A stretch of DNA of 64,000 nucleotides from Candidatus Bilamarchaeum sp. (GCA_035455205.1 DATIFM010000036.1:12152-76151), one strand, 5' to 3'; positions 52,841 through 62,290 are shown, counted from the stretch's first letter. Program-made: numbers and translations. Notes: generated by a model not told the origin, from the sequence alone.

Positions 52841-53194
52841 ATGGGAGGCGCGCATAGTACCGCCAGGGAGCTATTTTTCGACTCGGTCAGGATGCGGCGG
52901 GAAAAAACCATCCGGGAAATGGAAGACCTTTACTCGAGGGACCCGACGCCAGGCCTCGCCCGGAAAATCAATGGCGCGAAAGAGAGACTGGCAAAATTCA
53001 GGGAAATGCACGAACGGTTCGGGCGCCTCATGGAAATCGGCGACGGCGAGCTCATGGCCAGGAATTCCAGCGAACGGGGAGCCCCGCTGATGGGCGAGCC
53101 TGAACTGGTCTCAAAAATAGCGAGGCGCCAGATGGGCGAAAAGGAGTATGTCGACCTCACCGAAGGCCCGACCCTGATAAGGAAAAAAAACTAA
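52841..53194 (+). CDS. hypothetical protein (117 aa)
   Basis: ORF only. Charged and helical; no motif recognised. Confidence 0.35.
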   Translation: MGGAHSTARELFFDSVRMRREKTIREMEDLYSRDPTPGLARKINGAKERLAKFREMHERFGRLMEIGDGELMARNSSERGAPLMGEPELVSKIARRQMGEKEYVDLTEGPTLIRKKN

Positions 53195-53604
53195 TAGAAG
53201 CTGCCCGGCTCGGGGTTCTTCCCTATTATGAACGAGCTGAGCATCTTCGTGGCCTTCCGGGGCTTGTCGACGTTGAGCGCGAATATCCCGTCGCTCTCGT
53301 CCGACGAGAGCATGCTCATCTCGGTCACGCTGATTTTCTCCCCTTCGAGCATCTCGGTTATCTTGTCCATCGAGTCGTTTGCGACCTTTATCACTATCGA
53401 CTCGGGCTTCGTGGTCGTGAAGCCGTTGCTGACAAGGATGGACCCGGCTTTCTTCGGGTCCTTGACCTCGAGCGCAATCACGGCCTTGCCGCCGACGACG
53501 TCCACGTGGAGGCCGTCGATATTGACGCTCGACTTTCCGAGTATGTATGAGATGTCGGCCAAAAGGCCTACTCTGTCCTCTGACACTATCGTTACTGATT
53601 TCAT
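53191..53604 (-). CDS. stand-alone tandem ACT-domain protein
   Basis: MKSVTIVSEDRVGLLADISYILGKSSVNIDGLHV is a classic ACT beta-alpha-beta start. A second, weaker ACT-like half follows. Confidence 0.65.
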   Translation of the reverse strand: MKSVTIVSEDRVGLLADISYILGKSSVNIDGLHVDVVGGKAVIALEVKDPKKAGSILVSNGFTTTKPESIVIKVANDSMDKITEMLEGEKISVTEMSMLSSDESDGIFALNVDKPRKATKMLSSFIIGKNPEPGSFY

Positions 53605-53617
53605 TTGATTCACCTGG

Positions 53618-53887
53618 TCACAATAGCTGCACAAGATCGTTGCTGATCGTGTCCAGCGTCTTGAATGTTTTGTAGTCGTCCTCGGGCCCCCTCATGAAGG
53701 CCCTCACCTTTGCCTTCGTGACTGACTTGAGGACTTTGAGCTTTTCCGCCATGCTCAGCGATACTTCCTGAGTCTTCAGGAGGGCGTAGAGGTGCGAAGC
53801 CGCATCGACGACATCGGCGTGGCCGGTATTGAGGGCCAGCTCCGAACTCAACCCCATCAGCTCCCGTTTAGATACAGTCATAACCAT
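53618..53887 (-). CDS. hypothetical small protein (about 89 aa)
   Basis: From MVMTVSKRELMGL..., preceded by GGTGGGGGG (SD-like) and an ATATAAATATAT box. No family recognised. Confidence 0.4.
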   Translation of the reverse strand: MVMTVSKRELMGLSSELALNTGHADVVDAASHLYALLKTQEVSLSMAEKLKVLKSVTKAKVRAFMRGPEDDYKTFKTLDTISNDLVQLL

Positions 53888-54118
53888 CCCCCCACCAGTT
53901 AAGATACGGGCAGATGATATATTTATATGTTTCCGAGTTTTTGCTGTGAAAAGAATCCAATTCTTTTTAAACATTGTGCAAAAAAACGCAGAATTTCTGA
54001 TACAATGGTGTGAAGTAACAAAACTGGCGGGTTCTGCTATTTGGACATTACTTCAAAGAAGTAAAGTCGACATCATACGGGGAATAAAGGTTTAATAGCT
54101 GAGTAACAACAAAGCATC

Positions 54119-55003
54119 ATGCTAATCGTAATAGCGGACCAGATGGAAGACGAGGTAGTGGCGGCGATACGGGGCCTCGGGCGCGTGGAATACAAGCCCG
54201 CGGACCTGAAGGCCGCGCTCCATGAAGCCGACGTGCTCATCGTCAGGAGCGCCACGAAAGTGACGCGGGAGCTGATTTCAGGCTGCCCGAATCTCAAGGT
54301 GGTCGCGAGGGCAGGGGTAGGCCTTGACAACGTCGACCAGGAGGCATGCGTCGAGAAGGGCGTCAAGGTCGTGAACACGCCGGGGGCCTCCACCAATGCG
54401 GTTGCCGAACTCGCAATAGGGCTGATGCTCTGCGGACTGCGCAACGTCCAGAAGGCCCACCACCAGATGAAGAACCGGGTGTGGGACAAGAAAAACCTCG
54501 TCGGGAGCGAGATAGCGGGAAAAACGCTCGGCATCATAGGCTATGGCAGGATAGGCGCCGCAGTCGCCAGGAAGGCCCATGCCCTCGGGATGAAGATAAT
54601 CGCCTACAACCCGCCCCCGAGGCACGAGGACGATATTGTCCAGTTTATCGACAACATGGAAGCGTTCCTCGGGCACGCGGACGTCATAAGCCTCCATGCA
54701 GCGCTCACCGAGTCCACGAGGGGGATAATCGGCAGGGAAAACATCGCCAAGATGAAGGACGGCGTCTTCATAGTGAATACCGCGAGGGGCGAGATGGTGG
54801 ACGAGGAAGCGCTCTACGACGGGATCAGGGGGGGCAAAATATCCGGGGCAGCCCTCGACGTCTACGCCGAGGAGCCGTACAAGGGGAAACTTCTCGAGCT
54901 TGACAACGTCTATTGCACGCCCCACCTCGGGGCGAGCTCGAAGGAGGCCCAGGAAAGGATAGGAAATGAGCTCCTGAGAATTCTCAAGGACGAATTGAAG
55001 TAG
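54119..55003 (+). CDS. D-isomer-specific 2-hydroxyacid dehydrogenase (SerA-like catalytic core, no ACT domain)
   Basis: GKTLGIIGYGRIGAAVA (NAD site), the RGEMVDEEAL region, and TPHLGASSKEAQ. Confidence 0.8.
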   Translation: MLIVIADQMEDEVVAAIRGLGRVEYKPADLKAALHEADVLIVRSATKVTRELISGCPNLKVVARAGVGLDNVDQEACVEKGVKVVNTPGASTNAVAELAIGLMLCGLRNVQKAHHQMKNRVWDKKNLVGSEIAGKTLGIIGYGRIGAAVARKAHALGMKIIAYNPPPRHEDDIVQFIDNMEAFLGHADVISLHAALTESTRGIIGRENIAKMKDGVFIVNTARGEMVDEEALYDGIRGGKISGAALDVYAEEPYKGKLLELDNVYCTPHLGASSKEAQERIGNELLRILKDELK

Positions 55004-55006
55004 TTG

Positions 55007-55465
55007 TCAGCGCCTTTCCCGCAAATCAGCGCGCACAACGCTTTCGCACGCATCTTCAGGTAGGCTCGCCGGCAATGACGCATCCTCGGGAAACAGGCGT
55101 AGGGCTGGAGTGAAGTCGCGCGGTTTTCCATCCGGGCCTGAGGCGAGCGCCTTCATGGAAGTGAACCTCTCCCGGGCCCTCACATACACCGAGACGCGCA
55201 GGGCGCCATCACCGGCATCGAGGTAAGAGCGTATTTCCTGCTCACGGTCGGGCGGGAGGTAGTAAAGCCACATCGGAAATGGAGAGCTTCCGCAGTCGCC
55301 GCGCATCCCCAATTCGGTCCCCCGGCCGTCGTTGTGGACGATTTCATACGACGGCTCCCCCCAGGAGGCCCGCCTCATCTCCTCGGCCGGCCTGGCAGGT
55401 TTGCAGCTGCAGATAAAAGCCAGAGCCAGCGCGAATTCCCGCATCGCCATATCATTTCCCGGCAA
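55007..55465 (-). CDS. hypothetical protein with lipobox-like signal (LALAFICSC)
   Basis: ORF with the N-terminal hydrophobic segment MREFALALAFICSC. No family recognised. 14-nt overlap with the upstream hydrolase gene. Confidence 0.4.
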   Translation of the reverse strand: MPGNDMAMREFALALAFICSCKPARPAEEMRRASWGEPSYEIVHNDGRGTELGMRGDCGSSPFPMWLYYLPPDREQEIRSYLDAGDGALRVSVYVRARERFTSMKALASGPDGKPRDFTPALRLFPEDASLPASLPEDACESVVRADLRERR

Positions 55466-56096
55466 GATATTTCTTGAACCATTTCGAGGCCAGTTTCGCG
55501 ACGTCCTCGAGGGAGCCAGGCTCCTCGAAAAGGTGGGTGGCGTTCGGAACGAGCGCCATTTCCTTCTTGCACTTGAGGTGCAGGTACGCCTGCTGGTTCA
55601 GCTCGATTACCACGTCGTCGTTCCCGCCGACGATGAGGAGCGTGGGGCATTTCACCATCCCAAGCGACATCATCGCGAGGTCGGGGCGGCCGCCCCGTGA
55701 GACGACGGCGCTTATCTTCTTGCCGAGCTTCGCGGCCGCGACGAGGGCCGAAGCGCTTCCCGTGCTCGAGCCGAAATACCCGATCTTCTTGCCCGCGCAC
55801 TCGGGGAGCGAGTGCAGGTAGTCGGTGGCCTTGAGGAGGCGCTCGGTGAGAAGCCCGACGTTGAACCGGTTCTCGTAGACGTAATCCTCCTCCTCGGAAA
55901 GCAGGTCGAAAAGCAATGTCCCGATGTTGTTCCGCCGGAGTTCGCGGGCGACGTAGTTGTTCCGCGGGCTTTTGCGGGAGCTGCCGCTCCCGTGCGAGAA
56001 TATGACTATACCCTTGGCGCGCCGGGGGACCGAAAGCATGCCCTCCAGCATCATGGAGCCTGCCGGGATGCGGACAAGCCGCTCTGGGGCTTCCAT
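55452..56096 (-). CDS. alpha/beta hydrolase, dienelactone-hydrolase-like
   Basis: VIFSHGSGSS, the nucleophile elbow GYFGSSTGSASAL, and a C-terminal NATHLFEEPG (His). Confidence 0.65.
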   Translation of the reverse strand: MEAPERLVRIPAGSMMLEGMLSVPRRAKGIVIFSHGSGSSRKSPRNNYVARELRRNNIGTLLFDLLSEEEDYVYENRFNVGLLTERLLKATDYLHSLPECAGKKIGYFGSSTGSASALVAAAKLGKKISAVVSRGGRPDLAMMSLGMVKCPTLLIVGGNDDVVIELNQQAYLHLKCKKEMALVPNATHLFEEPGSLEDVAKLASKWFKKYLAGK

Positions 56097-56399
56097 CTAC
56101 TCGACTTCCGCCTCGACCGTCGCAGCCTCGACCTTGACCGTCGGCTTCCTGCCGATGAAATGGCCGGCCATTTTTCCCTTCGGGAACACGATTGTCTTGT
56201 TGTGGCGCACCGGCATCTGGAGCTGCTCGGCAAGGCGCAGGAGCTCGGTTGCCGGTATGTAGTGCTTTGAAACGAGGACCGGGAACTCGCCGGCCGGCGT
56301 CTTTTCCATCTTCACTTCGAGCCGGTGCTGCTGCCTCAGCCCTGAAACGAGGACCTTGACATCGACAAAACCCTGCTCCACGATTTTCTTATCGCTCAT
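56097..56399 (-). CDS. hypothetical protein (100 aa)
   Basis: ORF abutting the hydrolase gene with no spacer. No motif recognised. Confidence 0.4.
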   Translation of the reverse strand: MSDKKIVEQGFVDVKVLVSGLRQQHRLEVKMEKTPAGEFPVLVSKHYIPATELLRLAEQLQMPVRHNKTIVFPKGKMAGHFIGRKPTVKVEAATVEAEVE

Positions 56400-57096
56400 A
56401 TCCTACCCCTCCGAAGAACGTGACGTCCGGCCCTTTCCTGACGGACACCCGCTCGCCTTTTTTCAGGTTCCGCACGAAAATCCCGTCGGTGATGAACGCG
56501 CAGTCGCTCCCCACGGTTATCTCTATCTTCGAGCCTTCGCCGAGGAGCCCGGGCCGGAACGCGCGCTTATAGGGACATATAGGGACCAGACTGATTTTTC
56601 TTTCTATCGGCTTCAGCTTTTCCCCGCCCGCCGAATAGGCGTAGGCGGCAGAGCCCAGGGGCGTCGAGACAATCATCCCGTCGCCTTCGAACGAGGTCAT
56701 GGAGCCGTCCACGGATACGTCCATCTCCGCGACGCGGTAATGGGTGGCATGGACGACGACGTCGTTCAGGGCCACGTAGCGCATCTCCCCGATGGCGCAG
56801 TCGAGCGTCATTATCCTCTCATGCCCCCTAGCGAGTGCGGGGAGGAGCATATCCCGCCAGTCGCGGTTGTGGAGCTGGCAGATGTAGCTCTTGTCTCCTC
56901 CAATGCCGAGAATCGCGCCCTCTATCCGCCCGCGGTGGCTCGCATAGAGTATCGTGCCGTCCCCGCCGATGCAGATTGTCGCCTCCGCGCCCTTTTTGAC
57001 TACCCTGTGGCCTGCACCTGAGAGTTCGGGAGCGAGCCGCGAGGCGAGCTCAACTGCCCAGGTTTTCTTGGGATTGGCGATTATTTTGATTTTCAT
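56389..57096 (-). CDS. nadK: NAD kinase
   Basis: GGDGTILYA, the NDVVV region and ISTPLGSAAYAYSAGG are typical NAD kinase motifs. Confidence 0.85.
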   Translation of the reverse strand: MKIKIIANPKKTWAVELASRLAPELSGAGHRVVKKGAEATICIGGDGTILYASHRGRIEGAILGIGGDKSYICQLHNRDWRDMLLPALARGHERIMTLDCAIGEMRYVALNDVVVHATHYRVAEMDVSVDGSMTSFEGDGMIVSTPLGSAAYAYSAGGEKLKPIERKISLVPICPYKRAFRPGLLGEGSKIEITVGSDCAFITDGIFVRNLKKGERVSVRKGPDVTFFGGVGYER

Positions 57097-57157
57097 TCAA
57101 GGAAAAAGGGGATAAAAGAAATAAAAAGGGAAGTTAGAAAGAAACCGCAGGTTTCTT

Positions 57158-58237
57158 TCAGCCGAGCATCTCAAGGTCGTGCGAGAACGCCGGGACCGCA
57201 GCCTCCTCCTCGGAGACCGAAGTGCCTGCGACGGACGCGCCCTTCACGCCGGTTACGATGGCGACTATTTCGAGCTTGCCCTCGTAGTTCTGCATGATTC
57301 TCGCGCCCCACTTGACGTTCGCCTCGGCGTCCATCTTCTCGGTCACCCACTCGCCTGCCTTGATGGCATCGCCGAGGGTGAGGTCGGAGCCGCCCGTGAT
57401 GTGGATGAGCGCGCCCTTTGCGCCTTCGAAGTCGACGTCGAGGAGCCTGTTCTTTATGACGCCCTCGGAAGCCGCCTTGACCTTGTCGTTGCCCTTGCCT
57501 TCGCCGACCGCGATGAACCCGACTCCTCCGCCTTCCATGATTGCGCGGACATCCGCGAAGTCGATGTTGATGAGCGAGGGCTGGGTGATTGTCCAGACGA
57601 GGCCGCTTATCGCCCTCGAGAGGATTTCATCAGCAACCGCGAACGCCTCGGCCATCGGGAGGTTCGGGACGAGCTGGACGAGCCTGTTGTTGTCCAGGAT
57701 GATGACAGAGTCGCAGAATTTCTTGAGCGCCTTGATGCCTTCATCGGCCCTCTTCTTCCTCGCGCGCTCGAGAGCGAACGGGTAGGTGACCATCGCAACC
57801 ACGATAGCTCCCTGCTCCTTGGCAATCTGTGCCACGATTGGAGCGGCGCCGCCGCCGGTTCCGCCGCCCATGCCCGCGCAGACGAACACGAGGTGAGCGC
57901 CTTCGAGCTCCCTCTCGACAAGGGGCCTGTCCACTTCGCACGACTTGGCACCGACGTCCGGGTAGCCGCCCGCGCCGAGTCCCTTCGTGACGGACTTGCC
58001 GATGAGCACTTTCTTCGCCCTTTCGTGGACGATGTTCAGGTGCTGCTTGTCGGTGTTGATGGCAACGAGCTCCGTGCCCTTCACGCCGGACTTTATCAGC
58101 CTGTTGATGGTGTTGTTTCCAGCGCCGCCGACGCCGACGGTAACTATCTTGATGCTCTCAGAGCTGAGCGCATCCGAGCTGGACTGCTTTTCCTGGGGGG
58201 TGTTTTCTCCTACAACCGATCTTACTAAGTCATCCAT
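57158..58237 (-). CDS. ftsZ: cell division protein FtsZ
   Basis: GVGGAGNNTINRL and the tubulin signature GMGGGTGGGAAP. Start at MDDLVRS (58237) is preceded by GGTGA; the track start at 58333 would swallow a TTTAAAT box. Confidence 0.95.
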   Translation of the reverse strand: MDDLVRSVVGENTPQEKQSSSDALSSESIKIVTVGVGGAGNNTINRLIKSGVKGTELVAINTDKQHLNIVHERAKKVLIGKSVTKGLGAGGYPDVGAKSCEVDRPLVERELEGAHLVFVCAGMGGGTGGGAAPIVAQIAKEQGAIVVAMVTYPFALERARKKRADEGIKALKKFCDSVIILDNNRLVQLVPNLPMAEAFAVADEILSRAISGLVWTITQPSLINIDFADVRAIMEGGGVGFIAVGEGKGNDKVKAASEGVIKNRLLDVDFEGAKGALIHITGGSDLTLGDAIKAGEWVTEKMDAEANVKWGARIMQNYEGKLEIVAIVTGVKGASVAGTSVSEEEAAVPAFSHDLEMLG

Positions 58238-58530
58238 ACTTTCACCTGTTTTGGTCGCCTTTTTTGCTATTTCTCTCGGATTATGAGAGTGGTAGAAAAG
58301 CGCCTCAGGCGATTTAAATAGCTTGACTTTCACCTCGATATTTCAAAACCAAAAAAATTAACAAAACAAAACAAAATCGAAAAATTCGAGGGAAAACAAT
58401 AAATACATTTAGTGAATACATTGATGGTCTTTCGTACGATTGTGGAATGGCACACCTATGATGGACGTATTTGGGGGTTTCGGGCGGCTTGCGCTGCCTG
58501 ATTCGAGAGGGACGGGGAGATTTGGGGAAG

Positions 58531-58749
58531 ATGGTAAAAGTAATTACTATAATGGACGACGTGTACGCCGACCTCTACCGGCTCAAGACATCAAAAGGGA
58601 TGAGCTTCAGCCAGGTTTTGCGCCACCTCCTCACCGAGAGGCGCGACGAAGGGAGGAGCATAATCAGCCTCGCCGGAAGCATCGACGAGTCGGACATAAA
58701 CCACAGGGCGCTCGAGAGGGCGAGGAAGGAGGCAGTCTGGAGCAGATGA
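58531..58749 (+). CDS. vapB: VapB-type antitoxin (archaeal DUF217-like)
   Basis: MVKVITIMDDVYADLYRLKTSKGMSFSQVLRHLL matches the archaeal putative-antitoxin pattern. Ends 1 nt before the PIN gene. Confidence 0.7.
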   Translation: MVKVITIMDDVYADLYRLKTSKGMSFSQVLRHLLTERRDEGRSIISLAGSIDESDINHRALERARKEAVWSR

Positions 58750-58750
58750 G

Positions 58751-59125
58751 ATGCTGAAGATTTGCCTCGATTTCGAGATAGCGATAGACTTCCTGCGGGG
58801 CGAGCCCGGAACCATCGAGAAGCTCCGGTATTACGCGGACCGCGAGGAGATATGCATCACCAGCCTGACCATGATGCACCTCATGGAGGCAGTAAGCAAG
58901 CCGGACGTGATAGCCGCTTTCGCCGGGACGGTGACGGTCCTCCCGTTCGACAAGAAGGCCGCGCAGACGGCGGCCAAGATAATGAACGACTTGCGGGACA
59001 AGGGCGAGAGCAGGCGCCTCGACGACGGCATCCTTACGGCGGCAATATGCATGGCCAACGACGCCCTCCTCTATTCCCGGGCGCCGGCGAAATTCGACGG
59101 GATAAAGGGCCTCAAGAAGGTCTGA
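58751..59125 (+). CDS. vapC: PIN-domain ribonuclease toxin VapC
   Basis: 124 aa with an N-terminal acidic residue (CLDFEIAIDFL), a mid Glu, and a C-terminal DDGILTAAICMANDALLYSR. Confidence 0.7.
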   Translation: MLKICLDFEIAIDFLRGEPGTIEKLRYYADREEICITSLTMMHLMEAVSKPDVIAAFAGTVTVLPFDKKAAQTAAKIMNDLRDKGESRRLDDGILTAAICMANDALLYSRAPAKFDGIKGLKKV

Positions 59126-59163
59126 CGCATTTTATTAAATATTACGACATATAATTTTTCTAT

Positions 59164-59913
59164 ATGCATGACGACGGAACGCCCAGGGAGCGGGCCATCG
59201 CAACTCTCGACTTCCTGGCCTATGACGGCGAGCAGGAGGCCGGGAGGCTTGTTGGCATCCTGAGGGAAGGGAAAACTCCGGAAGCAGTCTCGGACGGGCT
59301 ATTTGCCGAGCTCATGGAGATGGCAGGCCCTAAGGAACTTGCTGCGTACCACAGGTTCGAGGCGACGGTGAGCGAGCTGAGGAGGGAGGGCAGGCACGAC
59401 CTTGCCGAAAGAGGGGAGGGGAGGCGCGGGCGAATCATGGCAGACGCGCGGACGCTGGAAAGCCTCGCGAAGCTCGGCTTCATCCCGTCCCCGGAGCAGA
59501 GGGCCGCGCTTTTCCTGAGGTTCAGGGCGATGCTCGAGATCGCCTCGAAAGAGGGGGACGATTTGAACTTACGGCGCGCCCTGGAAAGCTCGCGCGAAGT
59601 GCTCCGCGAAACGCTCTTTGCCCTGTCGCACGCTTTCGGAAAGGAGGAATGCGCGTTCATGCTGGAAATCTCGGACCAGGCGCGGAAGCTGGCGTTCATC
59701 GGGGGCTGGATGGAGAGGGCGGCATACCAGTCTGACATCGCGAAGCTTTTCGAGGGCGAGCTTTCCGGGATACTGGGCGGGAAGGGGCGCGATTCCGGCG
59801 CGAGGGTGCAGGCGTACGCCATGAGGGAGCGGCTCCGGGCCCTGCCAGAAAAGCTTTCCGCGCCTCCGGAGCGGCCGGATGCCGGGAGCGGCATCAAGGC
59901 CAGGCCCCGCTGA
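59164..59913 (+). CDS. hypothetical helical protein (249 aa)
   Basis: ORF only. Glu/Arg/Leu-rich; no motif recognised. Confidence 0.4.
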   Translation: MHDDGTPRERAIATLDFLAYDGEQEAGRLVGILREGKTPEAVSDGLFAELMEMAGPKELAAYHRFEATVSELRREGRHDLAERGEGRRGRIMADARTLESLAKLGFIPSPEQRAALFLRFRAMLEIASKEGDDLNLRRALESSREVLRETLFALSHAFGKEECAFMLEISDQARKLAFIGGWMERAAYQSDIAKLFEGELSGILGGKGRDSGARVQAYAMRERLRALPEKLSAPPERPDAGSGIKARPR

Positions 59914-59943
59914 TATTTTATTCCTTGATATCCAATCCTAGTC

Positions 59944-60708
59944 ATGGCACTAAAAGCCCTCGTCCTTTACGGCTACGGCATAAACTGCGAGAACGAAAGC
60001 AAATACGCGATCGAGAAGAGCGGGGGCCATGCCGACATAGTCCACCTGAACAGGCTGCTCGAGAGCCCGGCGATGCTCAAAGATTACAACATGCTCATGA
60101 TACCGGGCGGGTTCTCGTTCGGCGACGACCTCGGCTCCGGGAAAGTCTTCGGGAACAAGATGAAGTTCCGGCTCCGCGAGCCCCTTGAGGAGTTCGTGAA
60201 GGAAGGCAAGCTCGTCCTCGGGATATGCAACGGGTTCCAGATAATGGTCAAGATGGGCCTCCTCCCGGTTCCGGATTTCAGGCAGAGGGTGAGCCTCACG
60301 ACGAACGACTCGGGCCACTACGAGGACCGCTGGGTCATCCTCAGGGCGAACCAGAAATCGCCCTGCGTGTTCACAAAGGGGATGGAATACCTGCTCGTAC
60401 CTGTCAGGCACGGGGAGGGCAAGTTCATCCCCAAAGACGATGCGACGCTCGCCGAGCTGAAGGAGAAGAACCAGATAGCGGTGCAGTATGTCGACGAGAA
60501 GGGGAACCTCGCTGGCTTCCCGTACAACCCCAACGGCTCGGTCGAAAACGTCGCGGGGATATGCGACCCGACAGGCCGGATTTACGGCATGATGCCGCAC
60601 CCCGAGGCGTTCAACATCCCGGAGAACTGCCCGTACTGGGTGAGCGGAAAAATCAGGGAGCCCATGGGGCTCCGGATTTTCAAAAACGCGGTCGAATACC
60701 TGAAATAG
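59944..60708 (+). CDS. purQ: phosphoribosylformylglycinamidine synthase, glutaminase subunit
   Basis: MIPGGFSFGDD, GICNGFQIMVKMGLLP (nucleophile Cys) and HGEGKF (His/Glu). Confidence 0.85.
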   Translation: MALKALVLYGYGINCENESKYAIEKSGGHADIVHLNRLLESPAMLKDYNMLMIPGGFSFGDDLGSGKVFGNKMKFRLREPLEEFVKEGKLVLGICNGFQIMVKMGLLPVPDFRQRVSLTTNDSGHYEDRWVILRANQKSPCVFTKGMEYLLVPVRHGEGKFIPKDDATLAELKEKNQIAVQYVDEKGNLAGFPYNPNGSVENVAGICDPTGRIYGMMPHPEAFNIPENCPYWVSGKIREPMGLRIFKNAVEYLK

Positions 60709-60709
60709 C

Positions 60710-60928
60710 TCAGAGCTTCTTTTCAAGCCTGGACGCGACCAGCATCACGATTCCGAGGAGCGAAACCAGTATGGGGTAGGCTTTCGCGACCTCGAGGCCT
60801 GGCACCAGGTCGAAATTTATCGGCAGCGCAAGGAGCCCGAGCCCGAGGAGCAATGCCCCGGGAAGGTGGGAGTCGTCGTGCGCTGCTGCTGTCTTGGCGG
60901 TCTTTTTCTTTGAAGGCATGTGGGTCAC
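60710..60928 (-). CDS. small membrane protein (72 aa, two hydrophobic helices)
   Basis: ORF with a basic N-terminus and two TM-like stretches. No family recognised. Confidence 0.4.
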   Translation of the reverse strand: MTHMPSKKKTAKTAAAHDDSHLPGALLLGLGLLALPINFDLVPGLEVAKAYPILVSLLGIVMLVASRLEKKL

Positions 60929-60958
60929 CGGGCTGATTACGGGGGCAATTTTTTTAAA

Positions 60959-61432
60959 TCATCCGAGGATGAGGAAGCCCGCGGCCGGTATGAAGAGTAT
61001 CGCGAGCGAGAGCTGGAAAACCGTGTGCATCAGGTCGAGGAAGGCGTGCGTCAGGAACACGGTCACCGAATCGTGCGCCTGCATCTTCCCGAAAAGCCTC
61101 TTGAAGTAGCCGAGGATTATGATGAGCGGTATAGCCAGCATCAGTATCAGGAAGAACGATGTGATGCCCGGAGTGCGCAGGAACGTCACTATCTTCTGGG
61201 CGTTCCCGTCGAGCATGAAGAACAGGATGCACAGCAGCCCCACGAAAAAGAGGATGAAGTCCACGACGCGGCTGTTCTCCGGGTACAGCCCCTTCGTGTA
61301 TTCCTCCGATATCACCTTGACCGAGCGGGGGATTTCCCACACGATGAACCCCACGATGAGGAGGACCGTAAAGCTGTCGAACAGGGAGACATTGATGAGG
61401 TTGAAGAAATCTGCGATTATGTTGAGTGCCAC
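60959..61432 (-). CDS. hypothetical polytopic membrane protein (157 aa)
   Basis: ORF with 4-5 hydrophobic segments. No family recognised. Confidence 0.45.
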   Translation of the reverse strand: MALNIIADFFNLINVSLFDSFTVLLIVGFIVWEIPRSVKVISEEYTKGLYPENSRVVDFILFFVGLLCILFFMLDGNAQKIVTFLRTPGITSFFLILMLAIPLIIILGYFKRLFGKMQAHDSVTVFLTHAFLDLMHTVFQLSLAILFIPAAGFLILG

Positions 61433-61562
61433 GAAGGTTCTGGGCAGGAAAAGAATTTAAACGAATAACTGCCGAAGTGCCAATTGACGGTTGTCGAAAT
61501 CAATAAAAAGATTCGGACAGATTGTCTTTTCGCTTTTGGGTGAAATATTGGAAAAGATAAAG

Positions 61563-62237
61563 ATGGAAATCGCGGGAGAGATATCCCTCTCCGAGGACCC
61601 CGGCGCCACTATGCGCAAGTGGAGGGAGATATTCAGCATTTCCCAGGTCGAGCTCGCGAGGCACCTCGGCATCACGGTTTCCACGATCAGCGATTACGAA
61701 GGCAACCGGAGGAAGTCCCCGGGCACCGGAGTCATCAGGAGGTTCGTGACCGCGCTTTTCGACATCGACCAGGTCAAGGGCGGCCTGATAGCGCAGAAGT
61801 TCAGGGAAAAGGAGAAGCCCGTGAGCGAGTACTTCGAGGTTCACGAGTTTGCGCGCTCGATAGCCCTCAAGGACTTCATCTCGCTGATAGAAGGCAAGAT
61901 ACTCACGAACGCCGACCTCGTCGAATCGAAGAAGATATACGGCTACACCCTCATAGACAGCATCAAGGTCATACTTGACATGCCGTTCTCGTATTTCCAG
62001 AACCTCTACGGCAACGTCAACGAGCGCGTGTTCATCTTCACAGGCGTCAGCACCGGGAGGAGCCCGCTCGTCGTCGTGAGGGTAAGCTCATCCAAGCCGT
62101 CTGCCATAGTGCTCCACAACATCGAGTCCGGCAAGGTGGACAAGCTCGCGCTCAAGATCTCGGAACGCGAGCGCATACCGATGATAGCGACTAACATGTC
62201 AATCGAGAAGATAAAGGACGCGCTCAACCGGATATGA
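61563..62237 (+). CDS. XRE-type HTH transcriptional regulator with an archaeal C-terminal domain (COG1395-like)
   Basis: MRKWREIFSISQVELARHLGITVSTISDYEGNRR is a clear HTH_3 motif. The ATG at 61563 is preferred over the track start at 61491. Confidence 0.7.
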   Translation: MEIAGEISLSEDPGATMRKWREIFSISQVELARHLGITVSTISDYEGNRRKSPGTGVIRRFVTALFDIDQVKGGLIAQKFREKEKPVSEYFEVHEFARSIALKDFISLIEGKILTNADLVESKKIYGYTLIDSIKVILDMPFSYFQNLYGNVNERVFIFTGVSTGRSPLVVVRVSSSKPSAIVLHNIESGKVDKLALKISERERIPMIATNMSIEKIKDALNRI

Positions 62238-62290
62238 TTCCGGGCACCAATTTTGTAAAATTTATAAACTGATTACAGCATATAGTTCCT

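Noticed and set aside
53888-54118. A small RNA in the 230-nt AT-rich gap upstream of the SerA-like gene. It contains the palindrome AAAAGAATCCAATTCTTTT and an 88-aa track ORF (53829-54095).
   Set aside because: The ORF is low-complexity and AT-rich with no start context. The gap is adequately explained by two divergent promoters, with TATA-like ATATAAATATAT and AGGTTTAATAG boxes. I could not recognise any structured RNA signature.
58340-58400. Replication origin at the A/T-rich tract next to ftsZ.
   Set aside because: No ORB or mini-ORB inverted repeats were recognisable, there is no orc1/cdc6 nearby, and skew cannot be evaluated from one window. Kept only as a low-interest note on the unusual intergenic region.
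58457-58501. Possible C/D-box sRNA: ATGATGG (C-box-like) followed about 34 nt later by CTGA (D box), upstream of vapB.
   Set aside because: The C box is imperfect, no internal D'/C' boxes or terminal stem could be found, and the spacing is short. This is indistinguishable from chance without expression data.
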